Positions 29,579 to 39,832 of a stretch of 64,000 bases of DNA are shown here, piece by piece (the stretch's first letter is position 1; each line of letters starts with the position of its first letter). The stretch lies in the sequence record NC_028894.1, one strand, 5' to 3'. The notes beneath the pieces are model-generated. The model worked only from the letters and a program-made list of their open reading frames with translations. It did no database searches and had not been told where the DNA came from. This DNA comes from Escherichia phage vB_EcoM_VR20. The translations under genes and the position numbers were made by a program.

Positions 29579-30072
29579 AACTTGATGATTACCTCAACAA
29601 TATCATCCTGGGATAAACCATTCAGGAGGATGTGATTTGTACTGTCAGATGCTGAAATGCGGAACTGATTACCAACTTCATCCGCCATATCATCCTGGGT
29701 TAATACTGGGTGTTTAATTCCCAGGCGGTGCTGAAGTGTCAGGGGTTCAACCACAACATAACAAACACATCCATTGATATGCACATTAGGTTGGGTCTGA
29801 TTGATGAACACTTCTGCATCATATTTAACCAAATGGTTCTTTAAGAAGTCAACCATTTCAGGAACAGATTCATGCAGCGCTTCTTTCCGCTCTTCTGATT
29901 TTTTATCACGATATTCTTTTTGTTTCGCCTTCAACTTTTTATTGGAGGCGAGTTTTTTCCGCAAGTCAGTCATGAGACCAATTTTCTTGGTCCCTTTATA
30001 GACATAAATTCCGTCATGACGGTCACCATATTCATTGACAATCATTTCATTTGAAATCAGTTGCATATCCAT
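29569..30072 (-). CDS. alc: Putative Alc, host transcription shutoff factor
   Basis: 167 aa from the internal ATG with GAGGAAAATATT Shine-Dalgarno, same length as T4 Alc; position between the spanins and rnlA. Confidence 0.55.
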   Translation of the reverse strand: MDMQLISNEMIVNEYGDRHDGIYVYKGTKKIGLMTDLRKKLASNKKLKAKQKEYRDKKSEERKEALHESVPEMVDFLKNHLVKYDAEVFINQTQPNVHINGCVCYVVVEPLTLQHRLGIKHPVLTQDDMADEVGNQFRISASDSTNHILLNGLSQDDIVEVIIKLCK

Positions 30073-30085
30073 AATATTTTCCTCA

Positions 30086-30319
30086 TTAGTAGCGGTTGTA
30101 ACCCCGGGGGCCAAAAGAGTTGGCACCCAGACGTTCATCTTTCTTTTTGGCTCTTGCTCTAAACCCAGAATCACCTGTTTGAGCTTTCAGTTCTTTTAAC
30201 AATTTGGCCTTCAGGTCAGTAATGAAACCAATCCGGCGGTCTCCCTTGTAGACATAGATTCCATCATTTCTGTCGCCATATGCCTTTGTAACTCTGTCAT
30301 TTGAAATTAAGTTTAACAT
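30086..30319 (-). CDS. Small protein paralogous to the Alc N-terminal domain
   Basis: 77 aa; ..LISNDRVTKAYGDRNDGIYVYKGDRRIGFITDLKAKL aligns with Alc residues 1 to 45; basic tail. Confidence 0.5.
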   Translation of the reverse strand: MLNLISNDRVTKAYGDRNDGIYVYKGDRRIGFITDLKAKLLKELKAQTGDSGFRARAKKKDERLGANSFGPRGYNRY

Positions 30320-30390
30320 GTTTTGGTCCTCATCAGTAGTTGATGGAACCATTATGTATAGAAAGAAGGGGCTTGTACACCCCTTTTTTA
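30320..30390 (-). promoter_or_regulatory. Terminator/promoter cassette downstream of rnlA
   Basis: Hairpin gggg-tgtacaag-cccc overlaps the -35; TGTACA-17-CATAAT; leader CATCAACTACTGATGAGGACC. Confidence 0.45.
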
Positions 30391-31527
30391 TTATTCAGGC
30401 AGGATTACATCCGCTTGGTAGTCCACCGGGATGTAAAGTTTATGATTTTTAAGGAAAACATTATTGATTTGAGCGATGGTTTGCTCTGTTTCCTGGGGAC
30501 GTTGATAGGTGTTCATTAATACGGAGAACAAACCCGGATATGGTTTACACAACTCTTGACCTTTAATCGCAAACTCGCGTCGGTCTTTTCCCGCCAACTG
30601 TTTCTGGGCATCAAGCAACAGTCCCAGGGTATTGGACAGATAATCCAGATGTGCAATGGTAAAGGCATTAACTTTTTCACGAGCATAATCATCGCCAGTA
30701 AACATGGCAATAACATCATCTGCACCGCCTGCAACAACAACTTCAAACAGACGCTGGTTATTGTTAACAGAATCCTTTGTATGGTGTAAAGCACAATACC
30801 ATTCTGTCTTAACTTTAAATTTGCGACCATCGACCAGCTCATAGACAAAGCCTTCAATCTCTTTCATATCACGGACGTTTTCAATTGTAGTCGGGTCATA
30901 TGCTTCAACCAGGAATGGACGAAGCGCGGCATCTTTAAACAAATCCTGATAAGGGATATATTCGCCAGTTTCATTATGGCGAACGTTCAGTAAAATCAGG
31001 TCACGTTCCTGGTAAGGCAAAACAATGCGGTTGGTTGGTGCAACATATTCCATATTGCATGTATAACCAGCTTCAGTAATTTCAGTTACACGCTCACGGA
31101 AAGCTATACGGTGTTCTTGTTTGAATACCTGCAGTGCTTCTGCTGCCTGGGAGCTTTTGATTGACCCTTTGGATTTAAAAGCAATATTGGTCTGGTCCAT
31201 ATAAGTGGAGACAAGAGAGCCATCAGCCTTGGTCATGACCAGCGCAACTTCATCCATATTGATATCCATGGTCAACGGATTTTCACCCAGATTAAAGAAT
31301 TTTTCCATAGGACGAGCAGCAATGCGAACTGGACCATCGTCATCCATTTCAAACATAATACCACGGCACTCCAGTGCGTCATCAAGAAGCCAATCACTAT
31401 AGGAAGCATAGTTATAGCTAAAGATGCGGAACTTAGTTTCAAATGGAGAAACAAAATCCGTATAGAAAAACTTACCTTTATCGGATTCGGCGCAAAGCTT
31501 CATTAAGTTATCATATAATTCAATCAT
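30391..31527 (-). CDS. rnlA: RNA ligase 1
   Basis: 378 aa (T4 374); RIFSYNYASYSDWLL, ECRGIMFE and KADGSLVSTY match recalled T4 Rnl1. Confidence 0.88.
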   Translation of the reverse strand: MIELYDNLMKLCAESDKGKFFYTDFVSPFETKFRIFSYNYASYSDWLLDDALECRGIMFEMDDDGPVRIAARPMEKFFNLGENPLTMDINMDEVALVMTKADGSLVSTYMDQTNIAFKSKGSIKSSQAAEALQVFKQEHRIAFRERVTEITEAGYTCNMEYVAPTNRIVLPYQERDLILLNVRHNETGEYIPYQDLFKDAALRPFLVEAYDPTTIENVRDMKEIEGFVYELVDGRKFKVKTEWYCALHHTKDSVNNNQRLFEVVVAGGADDVIAMFTGDDYAREKVNAFTIAHLDYLSNTLGLLLDAQKQLAGKDRREFAIKGQELCKPYPGLFSVLMNTYQRPQETEQTIAQINNVFLKNHKLYIPVDYQADVILPE

Positions 31528-31934
31528 TTCTTCACCTTATGTTGGTAATTCCACGGGGGATTAAAAAGCTTGATGAACATCGGCTCTTCCAGAGACATCG
31601 TTTCGACTGACATTGTGCCAAGTTCATTGGTCATTGACAGATTGAAACATTGTCGTGCATAGAATACCACCTTTTTGCCTTCTTGTAAAGCTTCATGTAT
31701 CATCCGGGATTTGTTTGAATCACTCGTCTGGTCGATTCTGTTAATCGCAGTCCGGTAATAGTTGATACGCTTCTTAAGGTTGTTCGTCTTACCAATATAC
31801 ACTAGTTCATCATCAACTGAAATAGCATAGATAACATTTTTCTTGTTTGCGAGAGTAAGGATAGGGATTTTACCATCGACTAACTCTAACTCCGCGTATT
31901 TTATAAAACTGTATTCATCAGCGATTTGTTTCAT
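31524..31934 (-). CDS. denA: Endonuclease II, GIY-YIG family
   Basis: 136 aa from the internal ATG, same as T4 EndoII; GIY-YIG motif VIYAISVDDELVYIGKT. Confidence 0.7.
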   Translation of the reverse strand: MKQIADEYSFIKYAELELVDGKIPILTLANKKNVIYAISVDDELVYIGKTNNLKKRINYYRTAINRIDQTSDSNKSRMIHEALQEGKKVVFYARQCFNLSMTNELGTMSVETMSLEEPMFIKLFNPPWNYQHKVKK

Positions 31935-31936
31935 GG

Positions 31937-31955
31937 GCAAAAAGGGCCGAAGCCC
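31937..31955 (-). terminator. UUCG hairpin between nrdB and denA
   Basis: A-run then gggc-cgaa-gccc. Confidence 0.5.
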
Positions 31956-31960
31956 TTTCC

Positions 31961-33139
31961 TTATAGATATTTACGGAAACCAGCAAGAACGTTCTCATCG
32001 ACGTCATTGTCAATCTGGGCTACCAGGTAAGCGGACAACTCAACTTCTTGTGGTGCTGATTGCACATTATCAGAGTTAAGATATTCGCGAATCCATGGAA
32101 TCGGGTGCTTAGTAGATTCTAACACGATTTCACACGGGAGTCCACATTGCTTCATACGAGAAACCGTCAGGTAATCGATGAACCGGTTAAGAATCTCGAC
32201 GCTCAGCCCAGGGAGTCCACCATCTTTAAACAGATGCACGGCCCATTCTTTTTCCTGACGATTAACTTCCATGAAAATGGCTGCGGCTTCTGCTTCGCAT
32301 TCGTGAGCGATTTTAACCCATTCGTCACCGTCAACACCAGTCTGCAGTTGACGAAGAATATATTGGGTCCCCTTAAGGTGGAGCTGTTCATCACGGGCGA
32401 TGAACTTCATTATCTTCGCATTGCCTTCCATGATTTCCATGTTCTTATGGAAGTTGAAAGTACAAGCAAAAGATACATAAAAACGAATGGCTTCCAGGGC
32501 GTTAATAACATGCAGGCAGAGATAAAGAGACTTCATTAATGCTCGTTTGGCGATAGCTTCTTGTTTGATAGCACGTTCCAAACGTTCGTCCGCTTCGGGA
32601 GTTTCTTTGGCCAGTTCAACAAAAGCAATCTGGTTTTGCCATTGACGAGTTTTATTCAGAACATCATCATAGTAATGACCGATGGATTCAGCTCGCTTCA
32701 TGATTGCATCATCCAACAGGATTTCGTCGAATACCTTCGCCGGGTCCGTGTAGAGATTTCGCATGATGTGCGTATAAGAACGAGAGTGAATTGTCTCACT
32801 GAATGTCCAGGTCTGAATCCATGTATCAAGACTCGGGTCAGAAACTAATGCGGCTAATGCTGCAGCTGGAGCACGACCCTGGATACTATCCAGAAGTGAT
32901 TGGTATTTCAGGTTGTTGGTAAAAATATTTTGTTGATGTTCAGGAAGCTTATTAAATTGGGCTCCATCCATCATCAGGTTGACTTCCTCGGGTCGCCAGA
33001 AAAAACTCAACTGCTTTTCTGTTAATTCTTCGAAAACTTTATGACGCTGGATATCATAACGGGCGATGCCCAATCCTGAACCGAAGAACATTGGCTCGGC
33101 TAAAACATCCACCGGAGTGGTATTAAAAACTGTACTCAT
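31961..33139 (-). CDS. nrdB: Ribonucleotide reductase beta subunit
   Basis: 392 aa uninterrupted ORF with recalled NrdB identity; no intron. Confidence 0.9.
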   Translation of the reverse strand: MSTVFNTTPVDVLAEPMFFGSGLGIARYDIQRHKVFEELTEKQLSFFWRPEEVNLMMDGAQFNKLPEHQQNIFTNNLKYQSLLDSIQGRAPAAALAALVSDPSLDTWIQTWTFSETIHSRSYTHIMRNLYTDPAKVFDEILLDDAIMKRAESIGHYYDDVLNKTRQWQNQIAFVELAKETPEADERLERAIKQEAIAKRALMKSLYLCLHVINALEAIRFYVSFACTFNFHKNMEIMEGNAKIMKFIARDEQLHLKGTQYILRQLQTGVDGDEWVKIAHECEAEAAAIFMEVNRQEKEWAVHLFKDGGLPGLSVEILNRFIDYLTVSRMKQCGLPCEIVLESTKHPIPWIREYLNSDNVQSAPQEVELSAYLVAQIDNDVDENVLAGFRKYL

Positions 33140-33177
33140 TTTATTTCCTCAATAGCTCATCCATGAGCATAATTATA

Positions 33178-35433
33178 TCAAAGTTTACAGGCGGAGCAGT
33201 CTTCTGCTTTAGGAGCTTCGATTTCGTAATCGTCTGTACCGGAACCATCTCTAGTGTTATGATAATAAAGGTTTTTTCCACCAAAATACCAGAAGTACAT
33301 CAAGTCGTCAAGCATAACTGACATCGGAACTTTTCCTTTCGGATAATTCTGCGGGTCATAATACGTATTCGCCGATGCTGACTGACAAATCCATTTCAAC
33401 ATAATCGCGACTTGGGTCAGATAAGGTTTGTTACCCTGCTTAGCTAACACCCATGCGTAATCGTACAATCCTTTATTGTGCTCAATATTGGGCACGACTT
33501 GATTAAAGGAACCCTCTTTTGACTCTTTAATAGAGACTGGTCCACGCGGAGGTTCGATACCGTTTGTACTGTTAGAAACTTGGGAAGATGACTCACAAGG
33601 CATAAGTGCTGATAATGTGCTATTACGGATGCCATGTTCAACCAGGTCTTCCCGCAACTGCGCCCAGTCACAAACGTAGTTTGGAGCTGCGATTTGGTCA
33701 ATCTTTTTATTGTACCAGTCGATAGGTAATTCGCCTCGAGCCCAACGAGTGTCTGAATAATATTCGCAAGGTCCTTTTTCTTTGGCGAGCTTGATTGATG
33801 CTCGGATAAGGCCATATTGTAATCTCTCGAACAGTTCATGCGTTAAATCGTTTGCATCAGCGTAGGAAGCGAAATTGCTTGCCAGCCATGCAGCATAGTT
33901 AGTAACCCCAACACCCAGGTTGCGGCGTTTTTTGGCTTTCAGAGCTTCTTTAACCGGATAACCCTGATAGTCCAACAGGTTGTCAAGAGCACGAACTTGA
34001 ACTTCGGCTAGCTCGTTAATCTTATCTTGGTCCTGCCAGTCAAAACTATCCAGAACAAATGCAGACAATGTGCACAATCCGATTTCAGCATCTTCGCTGT
34101 TTACATCAGTGGTCGGGATTGCAATTTCGCAGCAAAGGTTCGATTGACGAATCGGAGCCTTGTCACGGATGAACGGAGTGTAGTCATTCACGTTGTCAAC
34201 GAACTGTGGATAAACCCTGGCTGTCCCGGAACGTTCGGTCATGAATAATTCAAATACATCTTTTGCTTTGATACGTTTCTTACGAACTGTCGGGTCTTTT
34301 TCTAAGGCTTCATATAACTCACGGAATTTATCCGGGTTATCAAAATATGAATAATACAATTCACCGCCAGCTTCGTGTGGACTAAACAGAGTGATGTAAT
34401 CATTCTTGGCCAGTCGTTCCATCATCAGGTTATTCAACTGGACACCATAGTCCATATGCCTGATACGGTTTTCTTCAACGCCTTTGTTGTTCTTCAGAAC
34501 GAGTAAATTTTCAACTTCCAAATGCCAAATAGGATAATAAGCAGTAGCAGCGCCGCCACGGATTCCACCTTGTGAACATGATTTAACAGCCGTTTGGAAA
34601 TGTTTCCAGAACGGAATAACACCAGTATGCTTGACTTCACCCATACCGATTTTCGAACCTTCAGCACGAATCATGCCAACGTTGATACCGATACCTGCAC
34701 GCTTACTGATATATTCGATGATTGAATTAGCAGTCTTATTGATTGACTTCAGGGAGTCAGCCGCTTCGATAACCACGCAGGAACTGAACTGTCTTGTAGG
34801 TGTTCTGGCGCCCGCCATGATAGGTGTGGGCAACGAAACCTGTCGTGTAGATACTGCATCATAAAAACGGCAAACGTGCTTCAGACGGTCCGTTGGTTCA
34901 TCCTGGTGCAGTGCCATGCCGATAGCCATGATAGCGAATTGCGGAGTCTCGTAAATTTTACCGGTGGTTTTATCTTTAACCAGGTATTTCTCTTTCAACT
35001 GCATCGCGCCTGCATAAGTCAGGTCAAAATCACGTTCGTGCTTGATACGAGATTCCAGATAAGTAATCTCTTCGGCAGAATAACTTGACAACAGTTCCGG
35101 GTCGTATTTGCCTTCATTGACACAATAAGAAATCTGGTCAATAAAAGAACGCGGTTCGAACTGGCCATAAACATCTTTACGCAGAGCAAACATCGTAGCC
35201 TTCGCTGCAACGTATTGGTAATCTGGTTCTTCAACCGAGATAAGCCCAGCAGACACTTTGATGATAACCGTCTGAATATCGCGAGTAGTCATACCATCGC
35301 GCAGATGTGGTTTGATTGTTTCGTATAATTCATACGGGTCGATATTGGTTCCTTCACATGACCAGGAAAGAACTTTAATAATTTTCTGGCCATCAAAATC
35401 TTGAGATACGCCACTACTTTTTTGTACTTGCAT
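33178..35433 (-). CDS. nrdA: Ribonucleotide reductase alpha subunit
   Basis: 751 aa (T4 754); ATP-cone N-terminus; uninterrupted; GAGGAAAACATG Shine-Dalgarno. Confidence 0.9.
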   Translation of the reverse strand: MQVQKSSGVSQDFDGQKIIKVLSWSCEGTNIDPYELYETIKPHLRDGMTTRDIQTVIIKVSAGLISVEEPDYQYVAAKATMFALRKDVYGQFEPRSFIDQISYCVNEGKYDPELLSSYSAEEITYLESRIKHERDFDLTYAGAMQLKEKYLVKDKTTGKIYETPQFAIMAIGMALHQDEPTDRLKHVCRFYDAVSTRQVSLPTPIMAGARTPTRQFSSCVVIEAADSLKSINKTANSIIEYISKRAGIGINVGMIRAEGSKIGMGEVKHTGVIPFWKHFQTAVKSCSQGGIRGGAATAYYPIWHLEVENLLVLKNNKGVEENRIRHMDYGVQLNNLMMERLAKNDYITLFSPHEAGGELYYSYFDNPDKFRELYEALEKDPTVRKKRIKAKDVFELFMTERSGTARVYPQFVDNVNDYTPFIRDKAPIRQSNLCCEIAIPTTDVNSEDAEIGLCTLSAFVLDSFDWQDQDKINELAEVQVRALDNLLDYQGYPVKEALKAKKRRNLGVGVTNYAAWLASNFASYADANDLTHELFERLQYGLIRASIKLAKEKGPCEYYSDTRWARGELPIDWYNKKIDQIAAPNYVCDWAQLREDLVEHGIRNSTLSALMPCESSSQVSNSTNGIEPPRGPVSIKESKEGSFNQVVPNIEHNKGLYDYAWVLAKQGNKPYLTQVAIMLKWICQSASANTYYDPQNYPKGKVPMSVMLDDLMYFWYFGGKNLYYHNTRDGSGTDDYEIEAPKAEDCSACKL

Positions 35434-35499
35434 GTTTTCCTCTGTTATAAAATGGGGTCATGCTTATACTAACACATGACCCCTGGAGCGGAATCGTAT

Positions 35500-35799
35500 T
35501 TATGCGCCCAAATCCTCGAGCGAAAAGGTGTCTTTGAAAAGTTTGTTAACAACCAGAGCGATGATATCCCCATGACATGACTTTGGTTTGCATGTACAAG
35601 CTAATCGCATTCCGCGAAGGGTTTCAAGGTGTTCTCTTTTGATTTCACCCGATTTAATCTTTGATATGAAATATTCTTTAAAGTTCTTTATGTTTTCTTC
35701 TCGGGTACCATCTTTATATGGGTTTCCCCACATGGTACCCCGTTGAATATTCACATCAAAGTCGGATTGATATTTGTTAACAACCCGACAGGCTTTCAT
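35500..35799 (-). CDS. Conserved hypothetical protein, DUF4326-like (nrdA.1 region)
   Basis: 99 aa; MWGNPYK and CxCxxxxCHGD resemble the DUF4326 pattern as recalled. Confidence 0.45.
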   Translation of the reverse strand: MKACRVVNKYQSDFDVNIQRGTMWGNPYKDGTREENIKNFKEYFISKIKSGEIKREHLETLRGMRLACTCKPKSCHGDIIALVVNKLFKDTFSLEDLGA

Positions 35800-35860
35800 A
35801 GTAGGAAGTTAAGCCCGACCATTATGGCCAGAAATAAAATACCGGCAATTTGAATTTTCA

Positions 35861-36057
35861 TTATACCTCGACAATAAACCAGATAGACCGATTGAAATCA
35901 TCATATTCATACGATTTAATCACACGCATAACATAAAGTTCTTTACCCTGGACAAAAATCGTTGTTTTCTCTTTAGGCAGTTCATCGAGACTTATATTCA
36001 TTTTTTCAAACAGCACCTCATTGGTGCCGTATCTATTGTTTACTATACGAATATTCA

Positions 36058-36058
<1 letters not shown>
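35861..36058 (-). CDS. Hypothetical protein
   Basis: 65 aa; overlaps the td start. Confidence 0.4.
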
Positions 36059-37716
<1,658 letters not shown>

Positions 37717-37720
<4 letters not shown>

Positions 37721-38058
37721 TTTAATTCCTTAACTGCCTTTTTGATGGCAGTAAAATCTTTGCGAATATCAAGAACCAATTTGTAAAGATGTTTAATTGT
37801 ATCTGTATCAAAATATGATACCACACAACGAGAATTGCGAATATCTTCTAATGAATACTTGCTTTCACTTGTGCCATATCCAATGATACCACTAATGCAC
37901 TTGTCATTAAGCGTATATTTCTGTGGACCATCAATAATATTTTTAGGATAGATGTAAAGACTCCAATCAAATTTTTGTTCAAGCGTATTAACCTTAACTT
38001 CAAGAATCAGTTCAGGATGTGCATCATCTTTAGCAAAACAAGTGTATTCAGTAAGCAT
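37717..38058 (-). CDS. Hypothetical protein
   Basis: Internal ATG with GAGGAAAATATA Shine-Dalgarno gives 113 aa; the longer track ORF overlaps its neighbour. Confidence 0.45.
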
Positions 38059-38068
38059 TATATTTTCC

Positions 38069-38308
38069 TCACGCTTTCTTAGCGACTTTCCAGTCAGCTT
38101 TAAATTGGTCAACGTCAGAGTGATGAATCCAGAAACCAGATGAGCTACCATCTTCATAAAGAGGACAACCATCACACTCATCTTTCCAACCCATTGCACA
38201 CAAAGTTTCTTCAGCTTTTTCTAGAGCTTCTGGATTGTTACCCTGGATTGTGAAATACCATTTGCCTTTAACTTCTGAATCTTTGATGCTCTCACGTTGT
38301 AATTTCAT
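38069..38308 (-). CDS. Hypothetical protein
   Basis: 79 aa, acidic with cysteine pairs; preceded by the conserved leader repeat. Confidence 0.5.
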   Translation of the reverse strand: MKLQRESIKDSEVKGKWYFTIQGNNPEALEKAEETLCAMGWKDECDGCPLYEDGSSSGFWIHHSDVDQFKADWKVAKKA

Positions 38309-38400
38309 TTTATTCTCCAGTGTTTTAGTTGTTAACTCAGTATGGGACCATTATGTCATAGCCCCATTTGGTTGTACACTACTTTTTAAATTTTATCAAG
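38309..38400 (-). promoter_or_regulatory. Early promoter plus conserved leader repeat
   Basis: TTGTACACTACTTTTT upstream element, -10 CATAAT, leader ..CCCATACTGAGTTAACAACTAAAACACTGGAGAATAAAATG. Confidence 0.5.
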
Positions 38401-38640
38401 CCATTTTCCAAGTTTAGTCATTTCCTTGGTGGCCTTTTCCATACTTCTGAACTTAACTAATAAAGGATGAACATCCATACCCATCACCAGATTGGTTGCA
38501 AGACTATGTTCACCAACAAGCCATAATGAGTATGTTTGAACATCCAAACCATAATTTCTGTCTTTATGCAAACGCACACCCATCACTTCAAATTGCTCAC
38601 TCGCCTTTTCTACTGCATCCAGGAAATCATCTTTAGTCAT
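38386..38640 (-). CDS. Hypothetical protein
   Basis: 84 aa from the internal ATG; overlaps the upstream promoter cassette region. Confidence 0.4.
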   Translation of the reverse strand: MTKDDFLDAVEKASEQFEVMGVRLHKDRNYGLDVQTYSLWLVGEHSLATNLVMGMDVHPLLVKFRSMEKATKEMTKLGKWLDKI

Positions 38641-38641
38641 A

Positions 38642-39010
38642 TTAGACCTCAAAAGTTGCTTTAATCAGTGCAATGACTTCTGCGGCATTTTTGTGATTGA
38701 CTTGCACATGAATGGTTTGGGTATCAACATCAGGAGCATCACTATCAACTTCCAGGAAGTGACAGAATTCCCATTCAGCGAGTTCAAAGTACTCATCAGC
38801 GTCACACATACTATTCAGGATGGTACCATCTTTCATTTCAACTTTTTCAACAAAATAATCACCTTCAATATAACACATATCCAGGATTTTGAAGGAATTG
38901 CCGTGTTGTTCCATCAACTTGACCATGCACGAATTATCATCAGGACTACCAGCGATGAATTGTTTTTTAGCAGCAGGGTCTAATACGTAAAATTTACCAG
39001 TTTCCATCAT
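38642..39010 (-). CDS. Hypothetical protein, GKFY..AKKQFIAG paralog family
   Basis: Start MMETGKFY.. with GAGGAAATTAAA Shine-Dalgarno; 8-bp hairpin gggaacat/atgttccc upstream. Confidence 0.5.
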   Translation of the reverse strand: MMETGKFYVLDPAAKKQFIAGSPDDNSCMVKLMEQHGNSFKILDMCYIEGDYFVEKVEMKDGTILNSMCDADEYFELAEWEFCHFLEVDSDAPDVDTQTIHVQVNHKNAAEVIALIKATFEV

Positions 39011-39068
39011 TTTAATTTCCTCATTTTTGTTGAGGGAACATATTATCATGTTCCCGTTGGTTTGTATA

Positions 39069-39296
39069 CTAAGCTTGAATCAAGCCCATATAAAATTCAG
39101 CGTCTTCCGGGTGCATCCCTTCGCAATATTCATTTTGCATAAAGCGAGTAAGGTCTTCAAGAGGACCTTGAACTTCAATTTGAATACTAAAGAATTGGGT
39201 ATCTTTAATGTAAGTCATACACAAAGAAGGATACCGATTACGAATAACTTCGTAAGTGTATTCAAAATCAACGATATCAATATTAACCTTAGCCAT
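39069..39296 (-). CDS. Hypothetical protein
   Basis: 75 aa acidic; GAGGAAAATAAA Shine-Dalgarno; hairpin ggtctat..atagacc upstream. Confidence 0.5.
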   Translation of the reverse strand: MAKVNIDIVDFEYTYEVIRNRYPSLCMTYIKDTQFFSIQIEVQGPLEDLTRFMQNEYCEGMHPEDAEFYMGLIQA

Positions 39297-39358
39297 TTTA
39301 TTTTCCTCATGTAGTTGATAGGTCTATAATAACATAATCATAGACCCGTTGTAAACTG

Positions 39359-39722
39359 CTATTTGAAGGCTTTTTGTAGAAGTTCAATGATTTGGTCGAC
39401 GTTATTAGCATCTACAACACAATTAATAGAAACCGCCCCTGAAGGTGTTTTTGTATAACTGGAGTATTCACGGAAGCAATAAAACTCTTCTTCACTAAGT
39501 TCAAAATAATCATCACCCATACCATCATCATTATAGATTGCACCATTAGCACAAATTATTTCGGTTACATAATCATAGCCGTCTGCACTTGATATTGATT
39601 TAACTTCAAAACCAATCACCATTTTCTTGGATGATGTCGACCATACTAGCATTCGATGAACTAATATCAATGAAAGATTTAATACGATGTGGATTGAACT
39701 CATATTTTTTGCCAATTTCCAT
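39359..39722 (-). pseudogene. Frameshifted paralog of the 38642 gene: 38-codon frame A (39606..39722) plus 80-codon frame B (39359..39605)
   Basis: Both halves align in register with the paralog; the frames break at UGG-UUU-UGA over the A4 run at 39608..39611. Confidence 0.45.
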
Positions 39723-39803
39723 TTTTATTTCCTCAGTGGTTATCAGTAGTTGATGGAATCATTATGCACCGGGTCAAGGGACTTGTACACTACTTTTTGA
39801 AAA
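39723..39803 (-). promoter_or_regulatory. Promoter cassette, near-duplicate of the one at 57450
   Basis: TGTACA-17-CATAAT; leader CATCAACTACTGATAACCACTGAGGAAATAAAAATG. Confidence 0.5.
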
Positions 39804-39826
39804 TAAAAAAGGGACCCGAAGGTCCC
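39804..39826 (-). terminator. UUCG hairpin terminator downstream of gene 32
   Basis: A-run then gggacc-cgaa-ggtccc. Confidence 0.6.
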
Positions 39827-39832
39827 CTTATA

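Noticed and set aside
30516-30857. 113-aa minus-strand ORF
   Set aside because: Alternate frame inside rnlA.
33444-33839. 131-aa minus-strand ORF
   Set aside because: Alternate frame inside nrdA.
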